Below are positions 57,894 through 64,000 of a stretch of 64,000 nt of DNA, piece after piece. The translations under genes and the position numbers were made by a program. The DNA comes from Deferribacterales bacterium. Lineage in GTDB: Bacteria; Chrysiogenota; Deferribacteres; Deferribacterales; Geovibrionaceae. Every line of letters starts with the position of its first letter. The stretch's first letter is position 1. The stretch covers positions 128,001 through 192,000 of the forward strand of contig JBFWLW010000004.1 of the NCBI GenBank assembly GCA_050251945.1, read 5' to 3'. Below the pieces are notes generated by a model. That model did not search any database, had not been told where the DNA came from, and saw only the letters and a program-made list of their open reading frames with translations.

Positions 57894-58779
57894 TACTAAA
57901 CTCACTGCTACCAAACTTGTTCTCATGTGCGCCGTATTTATGTTTGTTTCATTTAACGCTTTCGCCGTGGATTACCCTCTGGGTTCCGAAGGCATAAAAG
58001 CCGCTTCTTTCCCCGGTCCCGGTTTTTATTATGTTATGTATAACCAGTATTACACTTCCGACACAAACAGGGACAAGGACGGCGACAAAAAAGATATAGG
58101 ATTTGATGTCGATTCCTATGCCATGGCGCATCGTTTCGTTTATGTTACAGACAGGAAAATACTCGGCGCCGATTACGGAATGAACGTAATCGTACCCGTG
58201 GTCAACGCGAATCTTAAAATAGATGCCGCAAAAGTTGACGAAAGCAGCTTCGGCGTTGGAGATATCACGGTTGAGCCTATCGTTATGGCATGGCACAGAC
58301 CTCAGCAGGATGTAACAATCAGCCTGTCATTCCTTCTGCCCACAGGAGAATATGACGAAAACGACGCTCTTTCAGTGGGCGGGGACCACTACAATATAAC
58401 AGCAACTGCAGGAACTACGCTGTTCACACCTGACAGGCTCTGGAGCCTTTCCGTACTGGCAAGGTATGAAAAACACTCTGAAAACAGATCGCAGGATCTC
58501 ACATACGGCGACGATTTCTTCTTTGAGTGGGGCGCCGGCAGAAGCATCGGTCTCTTTGACGTCGGTCTGAGCGGTTATGCACACTGGCAGGTAACAGAGG
58601 ACAGCGGCAGCGCCAAGACATCTGACGATCTTGACAGAGTATATGCGGCAGGTCCCGAAATTCAGGTGGCTATCCCGCAGATAAAAGGTCAGCTGAGGTT
58701 CAAATATCTGAAAGAATTTGATGCTGAAGATACAAAAGAGGGAGATGCCGTCTGGGTTACTCTGGTTAAAGCTTTCTAG
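57880..58779 (+). CDS. SphA / phenol-MetA-pathway-like outer membrane beta-barrel
   Basis: Signal peptide; Y..G.EG......P.PG.Y, G.GD....P....W, PTGEYD; C-terminal F. Confidence 0.8.
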   Translation: MGFLNTKLTATKLVLMCAVFMFVSFNAFAVDYPLGSEGIKAASFPGPGFYYVMYNQYYTSDTNRDKDGDKKDIGFDVDSYAMAHRFVYVTDRKILGADYGMNVIVPVVNANLKIDAAKVDESSFGVGDITVEPIVMAWHRPQQDVTISLSFLLPTGEYDENDALSVGGDHYNITATAGTTLFTPDRLWSLSVLARYEKHSENRSQDLTYGDDFFFEWGAGRSIGLFDVGLSGYAHWQVTEDSGSAKTSDDLDRVYAAGPEIQVAIPQIKGQLRFKYLKEFDAEDTKEGDAVWVTLVKAF

Positions 58780-58816
58780 AAAACGTATCGCCCTGTAGGT
58801 ATGTTTTTATCAAATC

Positions 58817-58846
58817 AGGCGGAGTCTTTTGGCGGCTCCGCCTTTT
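58817..58846 (+). terminator. intrinsic terminator of the molybdoenzyme operon
   Basis: AGGCGGAGTC-ttttggc-GGCTCCGCCT followed by TTT. Confidence 0.75.
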
Positions 58847-58858
58847 CCGTTTTCGGTG

Positions 58859-59134
58859 TTACTGGTTGTTGTCGGGTCTTTTCGGAGGCATTCCGCTCGG
58901 CATACATGACATTGTCTGCTTCATCTGTTTGCAAACGCCTGTAAAGTTCTCTCCGCGCATACCTTTAAAACTGCATGCGGTTCCTTCGGTGAGATTGGCA
59001 CATGCCGTAATCGCTTCTTTCGGAGGTTCGGGAGGTGTGGAGCCGTCAGGCGGCTGTGGCGGATTGTCCGATGCTATGGCTGAAAATGAGATGCAAAGTA
59101 GTGCTAACATGATAGTAATGAGCGATAATTTCAT
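58859..59134 (-). CDS. small secreted Pro-rich protein with four Cys
   Basis: AAGGAG RBS; signal peptide MKLSLITIMLALLCISFSAIA; PP.EA..AC....G..CSF....G.C.......C.P. Confidence 0.75.
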   Translation of the reverse strand: MKLSLITIMLALLCISFSAIASDNPPQPPDGSTPPEPPKEAITACANLTEGTACSFKGMRGENFTGVCKQMKQTMSCMPSGMPPKRPDNNQ

Positions 59135-59312
59135 TTTCTTCTCCTTGAAGATCAGTTGAGAGATTATATTCCTTTCTGAGAACAAGTTGACTGTTTTTGT
59201 TGTGTCGTAATTATGTAAGTATTTTAGCCTTCTATTAATTCATAATTACCTGATTTAATTTGCATAATAATTTCATAGAATTTTTTTGGTGAATAACTGT
59301 CAATACAATCAA

Positions 59313-59381
59313 ATAAACCAGCCTCCTTTTGGTTTATGTCGGGCGCATCAGGCAACGGTCAGCCGGATGCGCCTTTTTTTT
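59313..59381 (+). ncRNA. candidate small RNA (anti-SD loop plus terminator); 5' end unknown
   Basis: Hairpin ATAAACCA-GCCTCCTTT-TGGTTTAT, then GGCGCATC-a-GGC...GCC-g-GATGCGCC-T8; no + strand gene directly upstream. Confidence 0.4.
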
Positions 59382-59499
59382 GCGCTGCTTTGATTAATAG
59401 GTTTTCAGGCTATTTATTATCCGCCACCGAGTAGAAATGCCGTCCGCATAGGTCTAATAATCTCTGTGAACTAATAATTTTATCGCAGGGATATCAATA

Positions 59500-61293
59500 A
59501 TGAACACTGAAAAAACCGAACCGAAACGGGGATTATGGCATATTATGTCACCCGTTATGGGCGAAATACGCATGGGTGTGTTTCTTGGCGGGCTTGCCTC
59601 CGCTGTTTCCATAGTCTCTCTGGTACTGATAGCCTATTCAGTTGCATCCGCAGCAGGTGAAAAACCTCTCGGATGGCTTGATCTTTCTGTAGAAACGGCT
59701 GTGCTGCTGCTTATCATAACTACAGTTGTTGCCTATATATCCAGAAGCATGGGGTTCCGGATATCCCATCTGGGAGCGTTTCGTCTGGAGGAGATTTTGC
59801 GGACGGAAATATCCGCCCATCTTTCCCGCGTTCCGCTTGGTTATGTCATAAACAGCGGTTCCGGCGCTCTGAAAAAAGTGATGCTTGACGACGTTAAGAA
59901 TCTTCATGCTTTTGTTGCGGACACCACACCTTTCATCGGCAGAAGCTCCACGGCTCCTGTTGTGTCGATGCTTGTGATGTTTGTCATAGACTGGCGGCTG
60001 GCGCTTGTCTCTCTTTCCGTTCTGGCTGTCGGGGCGGCTCTTCTTTATACGGTCATGCGGGATTCCGTTGAACTGAGAAAGATGTACGACAAAAGTCAGG
60101 AAAGCGTTAACGCCGCGGTGATAGAGTACGTTCAGGCAATGCCAGTGGTCAGGATATTCGACGACGGCACCAGTTCATTCCGCAGATTCAGCGAGGCGCT
60201 TGAGAACTATCGTGTCGTTGTTAAAAAATGGATAACCGTAACGGGCGTTCCGGCGAAACTCGGTATGATGGTTTTAAGCCCGCTTCCCACCATTCTGGCA
60301 GTGACAGCGGCGGGGATATGGCTGATGGGCAGAGGTTCTCTGGACATGTTCAGCCTTGTTTCCTCAATACTTCTGAGCACGGGGATGTCGGATGCCATGA
60401 TGCCCCTTATGTGGATATCCAATTTCGTAAAAAAATCCGAGGCGAGCGCTCTTCGCATACAGGATATGATGGACGTTCCCGAACTCCCTGAATCCGATAG
60501 ACCGCAAATGCCTGCGGATGCCTCCGTTGAATTTGACAACGTGTCTTTCCGCTATGAGAACAGAGAAGAGTATGCTCTGAAAGACGTGAGTTTCAGGGTT
60601 CCGGCGGGTACCGTTACCGCTCTGGTGGGACCTTCAGGCGCGGGGAAAAGCACCGTTGCAAAGCTGATTCCCAGATTCTGGGATGTTGATCAGGGCAGTG
60701 TAAAGGTTGGCGGCAAGGATATCCGCAACATCGCCACCGAAACGCTTATGCAGACGGTATCTTTTGTTTTTCAGGACACCTTTCTTTTTAACGACACGCT
60801 GAAAGAGAACATCCGCATGGCAAATCCCTCCGCCACCGACGGGGAAGTGGTCAGTGCGGCGAAATCGGCACAGATACACGAATTTATCATGTCTCTGCCG
60901 GATGGCTATTCCACCATGGCAGGCGACAGGGGTGTGCGGCTTTCCGGCGGACAGAAACAGCGCATAACCATTGCGAGGGCAATACTGCACAACTCCCCCA
61001 TTGTGGTTCTGGACGAGGCGACAGCATTTGCGGATCCGGAGAACGAGGAGGAGATAATCAAGGCGCTTGCTATGCTTATGAAGAATAAGACGGTGATAGT
61101 GATAGCTCACAGGCTTTCAAGCATAAAGGATGCGGATCAGATAGTTGTTTTCGATGGCGGAATGGCTGTCGAAAAAGGGCGTCACGATGACCTTGTCAGA
61201 CATGGCGGAGTGTATGCGCGTCTGTGGCGCAGTTATGAGAACGCGCAGGCGTGGGATCTGCACAGGAACGGAGGCGGCAATGAAAGCAAATAA
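59500..61293 (+). CDS. ABC transporter permease/ATPase, YbtP/IrtA-like
   Basis: SHL.AF.LE..LR, SG.LKK...DDV..LH.FVAD, EYVQ.MPVV; GPSGAGKS, LSGGQKQ, DEATAFADPENE. Confidence 0.9.
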   Translation: MNTEKTEPKRGLWHIMSPVMGEIRMGVFLGGLASAVSIVSLVLIAYSVASAAGEKPLGWLDLSVETAVLLLIITTVVAYISRSMGFRISHLGAFRLEEILRTEISAHLSRVPLGYVINSGSGALKKVMLDDVKNLHAFVADTTPFIGRSSTAPVVSMLVMFVIDWRLALVSLSVLAVGAALLYTVMRDSVELRKMYDKSQESVNAAVIEYVQAMPVVRIFDDGTSSFRRFSEALENYRVVVKKWITVTGVPAKLGMMVLSPLPTILAVTAAGIWLMGRGSLDMFSLVSSILLSTGMSDAMMPLMWISNFVKKSEASALRIQDMMDVPELPESDRPQMPADASVEFDNVSFRYENREEYALKDVSFRVPAGTVTALVGPSGAGKSTVAKLIPRFWDVDQGSVKVGGKDIRNIATETLMQTVSFVFQDTFLFNDTLKENIRMANPSATDGEVVSAAKSAQIHEFIMSLPDGYSTMAGDRGVRLSGGQKQRITIARAILHNSPIVVLDEATAFADPENEEEIIKALAMLMKNKTVIVIAHRLSSIKDADQIVVFDGGMAVEKGRHDDLVRHGGVYARLWRSYENAQAWDLHRNGGGNESK

Positions 61294-63070
61294 AAGATTT
61301 CTTACAGTTTATGAAACATATAAAGAAGCACAGCAAATATGCGGAGCGCAGGCTCCTAAGTACCGCAGAAGCGTTAAACTTTTCATTATAGCTTTCACCG
61401 CGCAGGGACTGTCTTTCGTATGTTTTCTGCCTCTGATGTATAACCTTTTTTCGGAAGAAGGCAATTCGGACAGGGCGTGGTTATGGCTGGGGGTTATGGC
61501 TCTGTGCATGGCTGTGGAGGTGGTTTGCCGGTGGTTTGCGCACAATTTCGATTATTCAGGCACCATTGTCGAGGTTACGCACAGTCTGCGGAGCAAACTC
61601 GGTGCAAAGCTCAGGGTCATATCCCTTGAAAAGCTCTACAAATACCGCACAGGAGACCTGAACTCGGTATTTTCGGCGAATGTTGACGAATCGGTCATGC
61701 ATATCGGTGTTATCGGTTCTCTTTTGATACAGATAATTCTTGTCCCTCTGCTGGTGATAATCGCGGCGTTCGTGGTTGACTGGCGGCTGGGACTTGCAAT
61801 GGCGGTTATACTGCCGCTTGGAATACCGCTTTATAAATGGCGCAGGCGTGCAAACAGAGAGGAAAAATATGAAACAGTTCAGGCTCACGCTGACGTTGAA
61901 TCAGATATCATAGAATACACTCAGGGGCTTACTGTCTTAAGAGCTGTGAACATGACGGGAGCGAAGGCACAGAGGCTTCAAAGATCTGTGAAAACCCTCA
62001 GAAGAGTTCAGTCGGAAGGGCTTCTTAAAGGCTCAGTTCCTGCTGTGCTTCTGACCTCGCTGGTGGAGCTTGGGCTTCTTGCGATACTGATTCTGGGCGG
62101 TTTTTTCGTTCAAAACGGCAGTCTGCATGTGTACGTTCTGGCGGGACTGCTGATAGCCATAGCGCGTTTTGCGGAACCAATAGCGCTTTACATCAACGTC
62201 ACCACGGTTTTCGATACAGTGCAGTCCGCTTTTGAAAGGATACGTTCCGTTCTGGGCGCAAAGGAACTTCAGGTTATTGCAGGAGAGAAAGCACCGGAAG
62301 GGTATGACATAGAATTTAAAAACGTAACCTTTACATATGACGGAGAGGATCAGCATGCAATAGAAGGGGTGTCTTTCAAAATCCCTTACCGTTCGCTTAC
62401 AGCCGTTGTTGGACCATCCGGCTCCGGCAAAACAACTGTAACAAAGCTCATAATGCGCTACGGCGACCCGTCGGAAGGTGTTATAACCTTAGGCGGCGCG
62501 GATATACGCACCATGGAACAGTCCGCCCTGATGAAAAATATCTCCGTGGTCTTTCAGGACATTTATCTGTTTGACGACACAATCATAAACAACATCCGCA
62601 TGGGCAGACCCGGCGCCACTGACGAAGAGGTGAGATGTGCCGCTGATTCTGCATACTGTCACGAATTCATAACAAGGCTGCCGGACGGATATTACACAAG
62701 AGTGGGCGATATCGGGGGCAGTCTTTCGGGCGGGGAGCGCCAGCGGATAAGCATTGCACGCGCGATACTCAAGAATTCGCCTGTGGTTATACTGGACGAA
62801 CCGACTGCCGCTCTGGACACTGAGAGCGAGGAGGCGGTTCAGAAAGCGGTGGATGTTCTTGTCAGAGACAGAACGGTCATTGTGATAGCTCACAGGCTCT
62901 CCACCATAAAAGCGGCTGACACCATTTTTGTTATTGAGGGCGGCAGGATAGCCGAACAGGGAACTCACGAACAGCTTATCGCAAGAAAAGGGAAATACGC
63001 CGACATGTGGGACGCACAGCAGAGGAGCAAAAACTGGAATCTCGCTCTTCAGGAGGCTGTAAATGTCTGA
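61280..63070 (+). CDS. ABC transporter permease/ATPase, YbtQ/IrtB-like
   Basis: EY.QGL.VLRA, RFAEP; GPSGSGKT, LSGGERQRISIARA, DEPTAALD.ESE. Start moved to ATG 61280. Confidence 0.9.
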   Translation: MKANKRFLTVYETYKEAQQICGAQAPKYRRSVKLFIIAFTAQGLSFVCFLPLMYNLFSEEGNSDRAWLWLGVMALCMAVEVVCRWFAHNFDYSGTIVEVTHSLRSKLGAKLRVISLEKLYKYRTGDLNSVFSANVDESVMHIGVIGSLLIQIILVPLLVIIAAFVVDWRLGLAMAVILPLGIPLYKWRRRANREEKYETVQAHADVESDIIEYTQGLTVLRAVNMTGAKAQRLQRSVKTLRRVQSEGLLKGSVPAVLLTSLVELGLLAILILGGFFVQNGSLHVYVLAGLLIAIARFAEPIALYINVTTVFDTVQSAFERIRSVLGAKELQVIAGEKAPEGYDIEFKNVTFTYDGEDQHAIEGVSFKIPYRSLTAVVGPSGSGKTTVTKLIMRYGDPSEGVITLGGADIRTMEQSALMKNISVVFQDIYLFDDTIINNIRMGRPGATDEEVRCAADSAYCHEFITRLPDGYYTRVGDIGGSLSGGERQRISIARAILKNSPVVILDEPTAALDTESEEAVQKAVDVLVRDRTVIVIAHRLSTIKAADTIFVIEGGRIAEQGTHEQLIARKGKYADMWDAQQRSKNWNLALQEAVNV

Positions 63071-64000
63071 AAGGAAAACGCCTTTAAAAAGTTTGATGCT
63101 AATAGGCTCACTGTATCTTACGCAGTACATGGGATTCAGCTTCTTTCTTGAGGCTCTGGTTGCCATCCTGCGCAAGAACGGAGCCTCGCTCCAGTCCATC
63201 AGCACTATATATCTGCTTGGCGTGTTCTGGCTTTTGAAATTCCTTTGGGCGCCTGTCATAGACAGGTTCTCACCTGTTAAAAGATGGAAATACAAAGGGT
63301 GGCTTCTTCTGTTTCAGATAGCAATGGCGGCAGTTTTTGTGACCACCGCGATGTTTGCCGTTATAAATGATCTTAAGATGGTTGTCGCCATGGGGATGCT
63401 GATGGGGTTCTTTTCGTCCACGCAGGATGTTGTAGCAGATGCGCTTGTTTACAGACTGCTCGCCACGGGCGAAAGGAGCGTCGGCAATGCCGTGAAAACA
63501 GCCGGAACAATGCTTGGCTGGATGCTTGGCAGCGGCGTGGGGCTTGTCGTCTACGCTCATGTGGGATGGGAAAGCTGTCTGTATATCCTTGCCGGAGTCA
63601 TGTTTATTTCGTTCATGCAGATTTTGTTTTTCAAAGAACCCGAATTCACCGCCGTAAAATATGCGGAAACAGGGTACTGGCGGTACTTTATCCGCTTCTG
63701 GCGCAGTGAAAATCGCTCTTACTGGCTGGTGATTCTGATAATTTTCCCTATGGGATATACCGCCACACACGCCCTTATGACACCTGTGCTTGTGGACAGC
63801 GGTCTCAGGCTTGATGTGATAGGTCTGGTGGTCAACGTTATGGGCACCATTGTGGGTGCGCTCTCTGCTTTTCCCTCGGGATATCTGCTTAAAAGATTCG
63901 GTAAAAAAGCCGTTCTTATGGGGCTTTCTGGCATACACGCAATAGTGGCTCTGCTTCTTTTCATTCCACTTTCGGTTCACAACAGCCCTGTGCTGTCCGC
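63063..64000 (+). CDS. RhtX/FptX/YbtX (AmpG-like) MFS siderophore permease, 3' end outside window
   Basis: Not in the ORF track. Manual translation: MSERK...SLYLTQ...LRKNGASL...LKFLWAPVIDRF...STQDVVADA. Confidence 0.85.
   Translation, partial: MSERKTPLKSLMLIGSLYLTQYMGFSFFLEALVAILRKNGASLQSISTIYLLGVFWLLKFLWAPVIDRFSPVKRWKYKGWLLLFQIAMAAVFVTTAMFAVINDLKMVVAMGMLMGFFSSTQDVVADALVYRLLATGERSVGNAVKTAGTMLGWMLGSGVGLVVYAHVGWESCLYILAGVMFISFMQILFFKEPEFTAVKYAETGYWRYFIRFWRSENRSYWLVILIIFPMGYTATHALMTPVLVDSGLRLDVIGLVVNVMGTIVGALSAFPSGYLLKRFGKKAVLMGLSGIHAIVALLLFIPLSVHNSPVLS

Noticed and set aside
59235..59312. 25-codon minus-strand ORF (TTG start) behind AGGAGG, as a type I toxin
   Set aside because: MIVLTVIHQKNSMKLLCKLNQVIMN has no convincing TM helix; the + strand RNA reading fits better.
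30886..63980. Long antisense ORFs such as 30886-31668, 36966-37850, 56370-57170, 62489-63295 and 63270-63980
   Set aside because: Each overlaps a well-supported gene on the opposite strand and has no recognisable motif.

Overview
A bacterial chromosome window, mostly accessory DNA. The gene content suggests an anaerobically respiring Gram-negative organism; Deferribacterales-like is only my impression. 1-7.4 kb holds a partial exbB, an AT-rich Dcm/EcoRII-type restriction-modification system with vsr, tRNA-Phe, aroF preceded by an unannotated Phe/Tyr-rich attenuator leader, a receiver-only protein, an HDOD protein and tRNA-Arg. 7.4-9.7 kb is an integrase-less two-gene defence islet bounded by a 41-bp repeat of the tRNA-Arg 3' half. 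9.7-36.7 kb is the highlight, a ~27-kb RiPP 'library' cluster. It contains two tandem LuxR solos, an NHLP-type export system (TolC, HlyD, C39-peptidase ABC, second ABC), an ECF sigma whose putative anti-sigma ends in a double-glycine leader motif, and 17 Nif11-leader precursor genes with 16 different cores. It also has a PoyD/OspD-type radical-SAM epimerase, a radical-SAM/SPASM enzyme, a GH3 hydrolase, and an operon led by a core-less Nif11 leader and a glutamate-cysteine-ligase-like enzyme. Three of its promoters share a lux-box-like site. 36.9-64 kb holds an MFS, a Tat flavoprotein/porin/tetraheme cytochrome module with a MocR regulator, a TCS-MipA-RND efflux locus, two pseudogenes, a second MocR with a Tat molybdoenzyme operon, a candidate sRNA and a YbtPQ/YbtX-like siderophore importer. 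All family calls come from motif recognition by eye, not database searches.
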